64,000 nt of DNA from assembly GCF_009914755.1 (NCBI RefSeq), contig NC_060925.1, one strand, 5' to 3'. Made by a program: the position numbers and the translations under genes. The stretch's first letter is position 1; each line of letters begins with the position of its first letter. This stretch comes from the human T2T-CHM13v2.0 reference genome, Homo sapiens. The notes under the pieces are model-generated. The model was given only the letters and a program-made list of their open reading frames with translations, searched no databases and was not told where the DNA came from. Below, one piece after another: positions 14,134-26,140 of this stretch.

Positions 14134-14326
14134 TTTTTTTTTTTTGAGACAGAAACTTGCTCTGTCACCCAAGCTGGAGTGCAGTAGCATGATCATAGCT
14201 CACTGCAACCTCAACTCCTGGGTTGAAGTGATCTTCCCACCTCAGCCTCCCAAGTAGTTGGGATTATGAGTGCGTGCCATCACCACACCTAGGTAATTTT
14301 TTTTTGTAAAGATGGGTTCTTGCTAT
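14134..14326 (-). mobile_element. AluJ, right arm and part of left arm (host of the HERV-H insertion)
   Basis: Poly-T followed by gagacag...ctggagtgcagtagcatgatcatagctcactgc; sequence resumes at 20634. Confidence 0.92.
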
Positions 14327-14733
14327 TGTCACGCACGTCCATGTGAAGAGACCACCAAACAGGCTTTGTGTGAGCAATAAAGCTTTTTAATCACCTGTGT
14401 GAAGGTGGACTGAGTCTGAAAAAAGAGTCAGCAAGGGAGATAGGATGGGGCAATTTTATAGGATTTGGTTGGGTAGTGGAAAATTACAGTCAAAGGGGGT
14501 TTTTCTCTTGCAGGCAGGGGCAGGGGTCACAAGGTACTGAGTGGGGGAGCTCCTGAGACTTATTGTACAGGAGAAGGAATTTCACAAAGTTAATCAATCA
14601 GTTAAAGTGGGGCAGGAACGAATCACAATGGAAGAATGTCAGCAGTTAAGGCAGGACCCAGCCATTTTCACTTCTTCTGTTGCTTCACGGCATCTGGATG
14701 TATATGTGCAGGCTTGGGCTCAGAGGCCTGACA
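14327..14733 (-). repeat. HERV-H 3' LTR
   Basis: Minus strand begins TGTCAGGCCTCTGAGCCCAAG; ATTAAA poly(A) signal; preceded by a purine-rich tract; short deletion relative to the 5' LTR. Confidence 0.95.
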
Positions 14734-15222
14734 TTCGTGTCTTTTTTTATTAATAAGAAAGAACAAGATAGTGGTGAAGTGTTGGGGTGGCAAAAATTTT
14801 TGGGGGTGTTATGGAGAGATAATGAGTGATGTTTCTCAGGGCTGCTTTGAGCGGGATTAGGGGTGGCGTGGGAACCAAGAGTGGAAGAGATTAAACTGAA
14901 GGAAGATTTTGTGGTAAGGGGTGATATTATGGGGTTCTAGAAGGAGCATTTGTCATATAGAATGATTGATGATGGCCTGGATGCAGTTTTGTATGAATTG
15001 AGAAACTAAACGGAAGACACAAGGTCCAAATAAGAGAAGGAGAAAAACAGGTATTGAAGGACTAAGAATTGGGAGGACCGAGGACATCTAATTAGTGAGT
15101 GCCCAAGCGGGTTCAGTGTGATTATTTGCTTGGTGGGTGAGTTTTTGGGCTCTATCCTTGAGTTTTTTTTGTGTTGTCATATACCAGGCCAGATTGATTT
15201 AGGTAAAAACAACACTCTTAAT

Positions 15223-15805
15223 TTAAAAATATACAAGGTCCCCTTTTTTTAGCAGTGAGTAAGTCAAGGCCTTGGCGATTTTGGAGGAAAGAGAAATGCA
15301 AAACCAGCAATTGTTTGTTAAAGAAGGATTAGAAATGGCTAGGACAGAGTGAGAGAGATTGATAGTGTGGTGGAGATAGCTGGGGAGAGGTAGAGGGTGG
15401 CAAAAGAATGGGAACGAGAACAAGAGTGAGTATAAAAGTAAAAAATAGGACTTTATCAGGGTAAAAGTATTGGAGTGTACCTTGCCACTGAAGATCTTCT
15501 ATCCACTTTAAGAGAGACTTAAGGGTGGTGGTTTGAGGTAAAACCAGGAGATACCCGTTATGATGATTCAGAGGAAAAGTGTAAACCAGCAGTGTAAACA
15601 AGGGCAGGGCATTTATGAGTAGTTGAGAACGGTGAATAGGAGTATGACTAGACAGAAGATAGTAGGGATGACAAGTTTTTGGGGAACAGTCCAAGTAGTA
15701 GGGGTGACTGTGTAAAGTCCTGTTGCAAAAAGTAGGGTAAGGACGAATAGACCTAATAGAATGAAGGGATGTATTAGGCTCATAAGGGTTATTACTGCTC
15801 TTCAA
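15223..15805 (-). pseudogene. env: HERV-H env remnant
   Basis: Position between integrase and 3' LTR; HERV-H env-like 'SLLAISNPSLTNNCWFCISL'-type segment (seen as SVLAISNPSLTNNCWFCISL); frameshifted and deleted. Confidence 0.6.
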
Positions 15806-15899
15806 AAATGCAAGTGAGTTTAAGAGAAGTAGGGGAGAGTACTTGCAAATTCCAGGAGGAAGAGGAGAGATCAGGCTGCCTGTCTGATGGACACAGATT

Positions 15900-18550
15900 T
15901 ATTCTGGAATGGTGAACCCAGTGGGGAGGGTCCTGTGGGTGGACAGCAGTTGGGGTACTATAAATGACTAACTAGGGTCCGGTCCATCAAGGTTGTAGAG
16001 TTTGAGGGGTCAGGTTCTTAATAAGAATTGATTGACCGGCTAGGGTGTCTTTATATGGCTGGGAATCTGGAGTAGGCAAGAGAAGATTAGCAGCCTGGCA
16101 AATTTCCTGTCTAGCCTGCTGGAGGACTAGAAGATAGTTGCCTAGAGGACTGGTGTCTGGAACGAGGTTGGGGCTGAGGAAGAAAGTGAATTATGTCTGA
16201 CAGAAGGGAAGAAATGATTGTGGTGGCCTTCTCAGACCCTGTGGGAAAGGCCTCTACCCATCCAGTGAAAGTGTCTTCCCAGACCAAGAGGTATTTTAGT
16301 TTCCTGACTCAGGGCATGTGAGTAAAGTCAATTTGCCAGTCCTGGGCAGAGGCAAATCCCCGAGCTTGATGTGTAGGGAAGGGAGGGGGCCTGAACAACC
16401 CCTGAGGAGTAGTAGAATAGCAGATGGAACACTGAGAAGTTCTTTCCTTGAGGATAGATTTCCATGATGGAAAGGAAATGAGAGGTGGGCTAGCAGCTTA
16501 TAACCTACTTCGAAGAGGTTATCAAATGACAACAGAATGGAATGGGCCTGTGAGGCTGGAAGGAGATATTTTCCTTGGTCCAAGAACCATTTGCCTTGTG
16601 TGGGAAGAGATTGATAGGTGGAAGTTTCAGTGGGAGAGTAGGAGGGAGTGACCCATGTGAAGGAGAAAAACTGGCCATGAGGGGCAGAAGTTGGAACGCT
16701 AGCTGCTTCTTTAGCTACCTTATCAGCATAAGCATTGCCCTGAGCAATGGGATCTGATGCCTTTTGATGGCCCTTGCAGTGAATGACTTCAGCTTCATTT
16801 GGAAGTAAAGCAGCCTTGAGAAGAGTTTTTATTAAAGAGGCATTAATGGTGGAGGACACTTGCGTAGTGAGGAAACCTCTTTCAGCCCATATAACAGCAT
16901 GGTGGTGCAGGATATGGAAGGCATATTTAGAGTCAGTATAAATATTGATGCATAGTCCTTTTGCAAGAGTGAGGGCCTGAGTTAAGGCAATGAGTTTGGT
17001 TTGCTGAGAGGTACTGGAGGAGGGCAGAGCGGTAGCCTCAATGATAGATGTGGAAGATGCTATAGCATAGCCTGCCTTTGCTGGTGAGTGGCAATTAGGC
17101 CTGGTGGAACTGCCATCAATAAACCAAGTGTGATCAGGGTGAGGAACAGAAAAGAAAGAAATATGGGTAAATCAGTTGGATCAGAGAGATACAGTCATGG
17201 GGGTCAGGTGTGGTATCAGGAATAATGTGGGAGGTCTGATTGAAGTCCAGGCCAGGAACAGTGATAATAGTGGGAGACTCAACAAAGAGTGATTATAGCT
17301 GAAGGAGCCAGGGAGCAGAAAGTATATGTGTCAGGTGTGAGAAAGAAAATAGATTTTGGAAGTTATGAGAACTGTAGAGAGTGAGTTGAGCATAGTTTGT
17401 GATTTCGAGGGCCTCTAAAAGTATTAGGGTGGTGGCAGCTGCTGAACGGAGGCATGATGGCCAGCCTAAAACAGTAAGGTCAAGTTGTTTGGACAAAAAG
17501 GCTATAAGGCACAGTCCCAGTCCTTGTGTAAGAATTCTGACTGCACAGCCCTGCACTTCAGCTGTATGTAATGAAAAGGGTTGGGATGAGTCAGGGAGAG
17601 CTAGTGTGGGAGCAGTCTCTAGAGCTATCTTCAAGGAATGGAAAGAGGAGTGGGGAAAGGATTTAGGATCTATGGGGTCAGCTAGGTTTCCTTTGTGAGT
17701 TTATATAATAGTTATTTAGGATGGCAAAACCAGGTATCCAAAGGCGGAAGTATCCAACCATGCCCAGGAAGGAAAGGAGTTGTTGTTTTGTAGAAGGTGT
17801 TGGGGTTTGGGAGATTAGCCAGACACAATCAGTAGGGAGAGCACATGTGTTTTTATGAAGAATTATGTTGAGATAGGTAACAGATGAGGAAGAAATTTGG
17901 GCTTTGGAGGGGATGCACAATGTCCTTTTGAGAATAGATGTTGGAGGAGCAGGAGCGTGTCCTATTGGGAAGATTTGTAGGAGGGGCTATAAACTAGAAG
18001 ATTATCAAAATATTGAATAAGGTGAGAAGCAGATGGACAGAAAAAAAGTAAATCATAAGAAAGGGCTTGACTGAAGTAATGGGGGGTGTCCCTGAAGACT
18101 TGTGGCAGTACAGCCCAGGTAAGTTGCTGAGGCTGATGGGTGTCAGGGTCAGTCCAAGTGAAAGTGAAGAGAGGCTGGGATGAAGGGTGCAAAGGAATAG
18201 TAAAGAATGCATGTTTGAGATCCAGAACAGAATAATGGGTTGTGGAGGGGTTGTGGAGGGAGGTATTGAGGATAGGAGAGTATATGAGTTTGGCACCACG
18301 GGGTGGATAGGCAAGACAATTTGGTTGATAGGGTGCAGATCTTGAACTAACCTGTAAGACTTGTCCAGTTTTTGGACAGGTAAAATGGGGGAATTGTAAG
18401 GTAAAAAAAGGGGGAATTTAAATAGGCTTTAAAAGACCATGCTGTAACTGGCGAGTGATAACAGGCTTTAATCCTTTTAAAGCATGCTGTGGGATGGGAT
18501 ATTGGGGTTGAGTGGAGTAAGGGTGATTAGGTTTTAATGGGATAGTAAGA
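15900..18550 (-). pseudogene. pol: HERV-H pol remnant (RT, RNase H, partial integrase) with multiple frameshifts and stops
   Basis: RT motifs LTWAVLPQVFRDTPHYFSQAL and LIQYFDNLL (degenerate YxDD), FLGMVGYFRLWIPGFA; tether APTLALPDSSQPFSL; RNase H VIHCKGHQKASDPIAQGNAYADKVAK. Confidence 0.92.
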
Positions 18551-18599
18551 GGTGCATGATTGGACACCAAGAAGTAGAGGTGTCCCATACTCATGGATT

Positions 18600-18950
18600 A
18601 AGGTGGGGAGATACAAGGGGAAGATGCGAAGGAGGCTTTAAACTGGGGAAAAGGGTGGCAATGAGATGTGGCTGTAGTCCAGGAACAGTCAGGGAAGCAG
18701 ATAATTTGGTTAAAATGTCTCAGCCTAATAAGGGAGCTGAGAAGGTGGGGATAACTAAAAAAGAGTGCATTAAAGAATGTTGTCCAAGTTGGCACCAGAG
18801 TTGGGGAGTTTTAAGAGGTTTAGAAGCGTGCTGTCAATACCCACAACAGTTACGGAGGCAAGGGAAACAGGCCCTTGAAAAGAAGGTAATGTGGAGTGGG
18901 TAGCCTCCGTATCGATTAAGAAGGGGACGGACTTACCCTCCACTGTAAGA
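18600..18950 (-). pseudogene. pro: HERV-H protease remnant
   Basis: Minus-strand translation LTVEGKSVPFLIDTEATHSTLP, with the active-site DTG changed to DTE. Confidence 0.8.
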
Positions 18951-19099
18951 GTAACCTGAAGCTAGGTGTCCATGGTCATCCAGGGGGCTTCCAAGGCGAT
19001 CATGCAGCATCAGTCTTCAGCTGCTAAGCCAAGGAGATCTTGGAAGGAGTCAGCCAAGGTACAATTGGGTTTGGGGTTCAGGAGCTTTAGGAGCAGCGG

Positions 19100-20023
19100 C
19101 AATGTGAGTCAAACAGTCCGACCTCCAGTGGGGGCCCACACAGACAGGGCACGGCCTAGGAGGAATCCCAGGCTGCGGGCATTCCGAGGCCCAGTGGCCA
19201 GGCTTTGGCATTTGAAGGAAGATCCATGAGGAGGTTTTGAAGGAGCCCCTGGGAGCTGTGGCTTGGATGTTCTGAAGTGTTTGTATGCTGGAGACGTGGT
19301 TGTGGGTTGTCTTACAGTGGAGGCAAGTAGCTGTAACTCAGAGATGCATTGTTGTTTGGCTGCCTCCTCTCTTATTATTGTAAACCTTGAAGACGAGGTT
19401 GATTAATTCCTGTTGTGGGGTTTGAGGGCCAGATTCCAATTTTTGAAGCTGTTTTCTAATGTCAGGAGCTGGCTGGGTGATAAAATGCATATTTAGAATG
19501 AGACGGCCTTCTGACCCTTCAGGGTCTAGGGCTGTAAAGCATCTCAGGGTTGCTGCCAAACGAGCCATGAACTGGGCTGGGTTTTCATCTTTACTTTGGG
19601 TAGTTTCTTTAGGTTTGTCATATTAACAGCTTTGTAAGCTGCCTGTTTAAGCCCTTCAACTAGGCAGGAAATCATGTAATCTCGCCTAGCTATACCTGGG
19701 GAAACTGCCTGATAGTTCCATTGGGGATCCTCTTGGGGAACTGCTCTAATGCCTTCCTGGAGGTCTGGCTCATGAAGCCAGCAGTTGTCAGAGTGAGATT
19801 GGGCTAGAGAAAAAACTCTTTCCCGTTCATCTGGGGAGATGGTAGAAGTTAGGATGGCATTTAAGTCACTCCAGTTTAAATTGTAGGACAGAGTTAGATA
19901 TTGGAATTTCTGTATATATTTAGTGGGGTCTGTTGAGAAAGATCCTAAACACTGACTGATCTGGGAGAGGTCCGATAGAGAAAAAGGCACATGCACCCTG
20001 ACTACGTCTTCAGCTCCAGCCAC
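19100..20023 (-). pseudogene. gag: HERV-H gag remnant (CA-NC)
   Basis: VRVHVPFSLSDLSQI, PQEDPQWNYQ, LEsGPQTPQQELINLVFKVYNN; zinc knuckles SFKCQKPGHWASEC (first Cys lost) and CPVCVGPHWRSDC. Confidence 0.9.
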
Positions 20024-20069
20024 ATCTCTAAGAGGAAATTTTTGGGCAGGTGAAGAAAGTGAAAAGACC

Positions 20070-20078
20070 GCTTACCCA
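20070..20078 (-). promoter_or_regulatory. HERV-H major splice donor
   Basis: TGG|GTAAGC about 140 nt downstream of the 5' LTR, GT at 20075-20074. Confidence 0.75.
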
Positions 20079-20193
20079 ATTCGAAATTGGTGAGATGTTC
20101 CTTGGGCTGGTCTGAGGAGCCGAGGTCGTAGGTGGATCTCCTCACAGAGTGATGGCAAGGACAGGGGACCGGTCTCCTGAAGGAGTCCCCCTG

Positions 20194-20212
20194 TCCTGGG
20201 TCTTCGGCACCA
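20194..20212 (-). other. Primer-binding site, tRNA-Phe-like
   Basis: TGGTGCCGAAGACCCAGGA, 2 nt after the 5' LTR. Confidence 0.8.
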
Positions 20213-20214
20213 AA

Positions 20215-20633
20215 TGTCACATGTGTCCAAGTGAAGAGACCACCAAACAGGCTTTGTGTGAGCAATAAACCTTTTTAATCACCTGGGTGCAGGTGGGCTG
20301 AGTCCAAAAAGAGAGTCAGCAAGGGAGATAGGGGTGGGGCAGTTTTATAGGATTTGGGTGGGTAGTGGAAAATTACAGTCAAAGGGGGTTTTTCTCTTGC
20401 AGGCAGGGGCAGGGGTCACAAGGTACTGGGTGGGGGAGTTTCTGAGACTTATTGTCCAGGAAAAGGAATTTCACAAAGTTAATCGATCAGTTAAAGTGGG
20501 GCAGGAATGAATCACAATGGAGGAATGTCATCGGTTAACGCAGAAACCAGCCATTTTCACTTCTTTTGTGATTCTTCAGTGGCTTCACACCATCTGGATG
20601 TATACGTGCAGACTTGGGCTCAGAGGCCTGACA
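20215..20633 (-). promoter_or_regulatory. HERV-H 5' LTR (potential promoter; TATAAAA at 20349-20343)
   Basis: LTR7-family sequence with TATA box and flanking GC/GT-rich boxes, followed by the PBS. Confidence 0.9.
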
Positions 20634-20736
20634 GCTATGTTGCCCAGGCTGATCTCAATCTCCTGGCCTCAAGCTATCCTTCTGCCTTAGCCTCCTAAAG
20701 TGCTGGAATTACAGGCATGAGCTGCTAGACCCAGCC
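20634..20736 (-). mobile_element. AluJ left-arm remainder, displaced by HERV-H
   Basis: gctatgttgcccaggctg...gtgctggaattacaggcatgagc continues the Alu at 14134-14326. Confidence 0.9.
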
Positions 20737-21864
20737 CAAATAATCTTCTGAGAGCTTTGAGTATATCATTAACTCATTTAACCCTCATAGTAACTCTTAG
20801 AACAGAGTTTCTCAAGTGGAGTTCCATGGAATCCTAGTGCTGTTGTTGCAGGTTTTATATCTTGATTAAACAAAAATAAGCATCACTTTTAAAATCTGAT
20901 CATGTAAGCCAATGCTAGCACTCACAGTGATGGATTGTGACAGAGCAGCCCAGTTTGCAGTTTCATTAGAGGTCTTTCAGCCCTATGTGGTAGTGTGCAG
21001 TAGGATCAAGTCCATTTGAGTGAATCCATTCTCAGGGTTTGGCACTGTTGATAATTGCTGAGTGCTGTATTGCACTGATAAAATGAGAGTCTGCTGGCCT
21101 CAGCCTCTCTCTCCTGAATGACCTTCTGCAGACTTACCCTTCCCCTCACCGCTGTACCTGAGCAAATGAGCCCTCCTGGGGTGAAAGCAAATCCCTGGGA
21201 AATTTTCATTTTAAGAAGGAATTTTTATGTGCTCATTTACCTCCCTGTTGTTATACTATTGTTGTAAGCATTATAAACCCATGAATTTTGTAGGACCCAA
21301 GTGAATTGTATTGTGATGTTTTTCTACTCTTTGTATTTTTCTAATTTTAAGTATTTCTTCTTGGTGTTTTACACATGTCTGACCATCCAATATGACCATA
21401 TTTGAAGATGAGTCATAAGATGAGAGAGGAAAATACTAAGCCTAGAATGCAACATATGTGTATAAGAATCTTGTAAGTATTGGGCCTATTTTGAGCCTGA
21501 TCATGTCCCAGTAAGAAAATATTTTTTCAAAATCTCAAATAAAATTATATTTTGGGCTATGCTTTTATTAATGTGGCTTTGGCTTATGATTTGGGTAGCT
21601 TTACTATTCAATATAGTCAATGATATTTCACCATGCCAACATGAGGATTAAGCCTAATATGCAATATTTAATTAAATTAAATCTACATAGTTTATTGTTT
21701 TTTCAAATTATACCAAGCCAGTTATTTAAAGGAAATTTATTTGGGTTTCCATATGAGGTTTTTTTTTTTTAATTTATAAAAGGGAAATAGTAGTTTCACA
21801 AAAGGTAAGTTGATCTTAAATACCTTTTTTAAAAAAAGAAAAGTTGTCCCCAAAGTTATTTTAT

Positions 21865-22025
21865 GGCCAGGCATGGTGGCTCATGCCTGTGATCCCAATA
21901 CTTTGGGAGACAGAAGCAGGAGGATCGCATGAGCCCAGGAGTTTGAGACTAGCCTGGGTGAAGAATGGCAAGACCTTGTCTCTACAAAAAATAAAAATAA
22001 AATTAAATTAAAATTAAAAAAATTA
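21865..22025 (+). mobile_element. FLAM / free left Alu monomer
   Basis: ggccaggcatggtggctcatgcc...gtctctac followed by an A-rich tail; single arm. Confidence 0.85.
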
Positions 22026-22709
22026 AATATTTAAGGCTATTTTTAGATTTAGATAGGGAGAAAAGAGTACTCTTGCACATTCTTTATACCATACCTCATT
22101 AGCATATTATATTGTAGACATTTATGATAAGGTTTCTAAAGCCTATTTAAATAAGATTTTGCTTTTAAGTAGAAAATTTTTAAGTAGGCAAAACTGATAT
22201 TTTCTCTAGCTACACTACTGACCTACAGAGTTAATATCCTTTGTGGGGAGGCAGAAATCACACAGAAAAAGTAAACTCATATGTCATGCAAAATAAACAG
22301 AGCCACAGAAAAAATATATTCTCTACTCAAAAGAAAAACCATTAATCATCATTGGATTGTTTTATCTACAACTCATTGATTATGGTATTACACTGTTAGG
22401 TGCAGATAAAGTATGATTTTTCACTGCCTCAACCTCATAGAGGGAGAAAGGACAAGGATAGCTGGCTGGCTGGATGGATGGATGTACGGACGGTAGAGAT
22501 GAGGCAAATCTAACATTTCTCTAGCATAATTTTATATAGGTAATGATGGTCCATAATTTTAACCCTTTTGTTTCTGAATTAATGTGTTAATTAATGGTAT
22601 AATCCCTGAAAGCATCTATGCTTGTAAAATATCATTGGATAATTAGTCAGAAATTTTGCATCTCCCACACTTTCCCATATCTTTCCCCCCCCAATCTATG
22701 CTCTTTTGA

Positions 22710-25700
22710 ATTTTTTTAATTTTTAAATTCTGTGTGTACACAGTAGGCATATATATTTATGAAGCATATGGGATATTTTGATACAGGCATACAATGTGTA
22801 ACAATTACATCAGGGTAAATGGGGTATCCATCACCTCAAGCATTTATCCTTTGTGTTGCAAGCAACCCAGTTACACACTTTTTGTTATTTTAAAATGTAC
22901 AATTAAATTATCAATTATAGTCATCCTGTGGTGCTTTTGAATACTAGATCTAATTCATTCTTTCTAATTATTTTTTGTACCCATTAACCATCTCCACTTC
23001 CATCCCTATGCTTCTTTACACCTCCACCCACCACTACCCTTCCTAGACTTTGGTAACCATTGTTCTACACTCGATCTCCAAGAACTCAATTGCTTTAATT
23101 TTTGGCTGCAATAAGTAAGTGAGAACATGTGAAGTTTGTCTTTCTGTGTCTGGATTATTTCACTTAATATAATGACCTCTAGGTCCATCCATGTTGCTGC
23201 AAATCACAGGATCTCATTCTTTTTTGTGGCTAAATAGTACTCCATTGTGTATAGGTACCACATTTTCTTTATCCATTCATCTGTTGATGGACACTTACGT
23301 TGCTTCCAAATCTCAGCTATTGTGAATACTACTACAATAAACGTGAGAGTGCAGTTATCTCTTCAATATACTGATTTCCTTTCTTTTGGGTATATACCCA
23401 GCAGTGGGATTGCTGGGTCATCTGGTATCTCTATTTTTTGTTTTTTGAGGAACATCTAAGCTGTTCTCCATAGTGACTGTACTAATTTAGAGTCCCACAA
23501 ACAATGTACAAGAGTTCACTTTTCTCCATATCCTCAGCAGCATTTGTTATTGCCTGTCTTTTGGATAAAAGCCATTTTAAATGGGGTGAGAGGGTATCTC
23601 ATAGTAGTTATGATTTGCATTTCTCTGATGATCAATTATGTTGAGTACTTTTTCATATACCTGTTTACCATTTGTATGTCTTCTTTTGAGAAGTCTATTC
23701 AGATATTTTGCCCATTTTTAATTGGAATATTAGATTTTTTCCTACAGAGTTGTTTGAGCTCCTTATATATTCTGGTTATTAAGACTTTGTCAGATGAGTA
23801 GTTTGCAAACATTTCCTCCCATTCTGTGGGTGGTCTCTTCACTTTGTTAATTGTTTTTAAAAGCTTTTTTTAAAAAAAGCTTTTTAACTTGATGTGATCC
23901 CATTTATTCATTTTTGCTTTGGTTGCCTGTGCTTGTGGGGTATTACTCAAGAAATCATTACCCAGTTTAATGTCCTGTAGAGTTTCCCCAATATTTTCTT
24001 TTAGTAATTTCATAGTTTGAGGTCTTATATTCAAATTTATAATCTATTTTGTTTTGACTTTGTACCTGGCGTGAGATAGGGGTCTAGTTTCATTCTTCTA
24101 CATATGGATATACAGTTTTCCCAGCACTATTTATTGAAGAGACTGTCCTTTCCCCAATGTGTGTTTTTGGCACCTTTGTCAAAAATGAGTTCATTGTAGA
24201 TGTATGGGTTTATTTCTGGGTTCTCTGTTCTGTTCCATTGGTCTATGTTTCTGTTTTTATGCCAGTATCATGCTGTTTTGGTTACTATAGCTCTGTAGTC
24301 AAATTTGAAGTTAGGTAATGTGATTCCTCCGGTTTTGTTCTTTTTATCCAGAATAGTTTTGGCTATTTGAGGTCTTCTGCGGTTTCATATAAATTTGGGG
24401 ATTTTTTTTAATTTCTGTGAAGATTGTCCTTCGTATTTTGATAGGGATTGCCTTGAGTAGTATGGACATTTTAACAATATTGATTATTGAATCTGTAGAC
24501 TGCTTTGGGTAATATGGACATTTTAACAATATTGAATCTTCACATCTATAAACATGGAATATCTTCATTTTTTGTGTCATCTTCAATTTCTTGTATCAAT
24601 ATTTCGTAGTTTTCATAGTACAGATTTTACACATCTTTGGTTAATTTCTAGGTATTTAATTTCATTTGTAGCTGTTGTTAATGTGATTACTTTCATGATT
24701 TTTTTTTCTGTTTGTTTGCTGTTGGCACATAGAAATGCTACTGATTTTTGTATGTTGATTTTGTAACCACAATTTTACTGAATGTATAAGTTCTAATAGT
24801 TTTTTAGTGGAGTCTTTGGTTTTTTCACTGTAAGATCACAGTGTCTACAAATAAAGATAATTTTACTTCTTCCTTTCCAATTTGGACGCCTTTATTTTTT
24901 CTTTTGCCTGATTGCTCTAAGTAGGACTTCTAGTACTATGTTGAATAACAGTGGTGAAAGTGTGCATCCTTGTCATATTCCAGGTCTTAGAGGAAAGGCT
25001 TTCTGTTTTCTCTCATTGAGTATGAAACTAGCTGTGGGTCTGTTGTATATGGCTTTTATCACGTTAAGATTCAATGTTCCTTCTATACTCAGTTTTTTGA
25101 GGGTTTTTATCATAAATGGATGTTGAATTTTATCAAATGCTTTTTCAGCATCAATTGAAATGATCATATGGTTTTTATCCTTCATTCTATCGATACGATG
25201 TATCACATTGATCGATTTTTGTATTTTGAAACATCCTTGCATCTGTGGGATAAGTCACACTTGGTCATGATGAATGACCTTTTTAATGTGCTGTTGAATT
25301 CAGTTTACTAGTATTTTGTTGAGGATTTTCATATCAATGTTCATCAATGATACTGGCCTGCAGTGTTCTTTTTTTGATGTGTCTTTGTCTGGTTTTGGTA
25401 TCACGGTAATACTGGCCTTGGAGAATGAGTTTGGAAGTATTCCCTCATCCTTTATTTTCTGGAATAGTTTGAGTAGGACTGGTATTAGTTTGGTATTAGT
25501 TCTTCTTTAAATGTTTGATAGAAGTCAGCAGTGAAGACATCAGGTCCCAGGCTTTTCTTTGCTGGGAGACTTTTTTTTATTGTGGCTTCTATCTCATCAT
25601 TAGTTATTGGTCTGTTCAGGTTTTGAATTTCTTCATGATTCAATCTTAGTAGTTCGTGTGTGTCTAGGAATTTATCCATTTCTTTGAAGTTTTGCAATTG

Positions 25701-26140
25701 ACTGGCATATAGTTGCCCATAGTAGCCTCTAGTGATCTTTTGAGTTTCTGTGGTATTGGTTGTAATGTCTCTTTTTTCATCTCTGATTTTATTTATGTCT
25801 TCTCTCTTTTTTTCTTAGTCTAGGTAAAGGTTTGTCAAACTTTTTAAATCTTTTCAGAAAACCAACTTTTCATTTTGTTAATCTTTTGTATGGTTTTTCT
25901 TTGTTTCAATTTCATTTATTTCTGCTCCAATCTTTATTATTTATTTTTTCTACTAACTTTGAATTTGGTTTGCTCTTGCTTTTCTAGTTCTGATAACAAT
26001 GCATTATTAGGTTGTTTATTTGAAGTTTTTTTTTAAGTATGTACTTACAGCTATAAAATTCCTTCTGAGTACTGCTTTCACTATATTCCATAGCTTTTGG
26101 TATGTTGTGTTTCTATTCTCGTTTGTTTCAATAAATCTTC
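22710..26140 (-). mobile_element. 5'-truncated L1MA (L1MA1-4-like), ORF2 remnant plus 3'UTR, about 3.4 kb
   Basis: ORF2 peptides [34 protein letters not shown]...LNRPIT and MDLEVIILSEI; L1MA-type 3'UTR. Confidence 0.92.

Larger units (their letters stand above)
14327..20633 (-). mobile_element. HERV-H provirus, defective, two LTRs (LTR7B/C-like), 6307 bp
   Basis: LTRs at 14327-14733 and 20215-20633, TGTCA...TGACA ends; 5-bp TSD GCTAT at 14322-14326 and 20634-20638; gag, pro, pol and env remnants between them. Confidence 0.97.

Noticed and set aside
16296-16859. 187-aa ORF, the longest in the window
   Set aside because: HERV-H RNase H/integrase fragment that drifts out of frame; not a functional CDS
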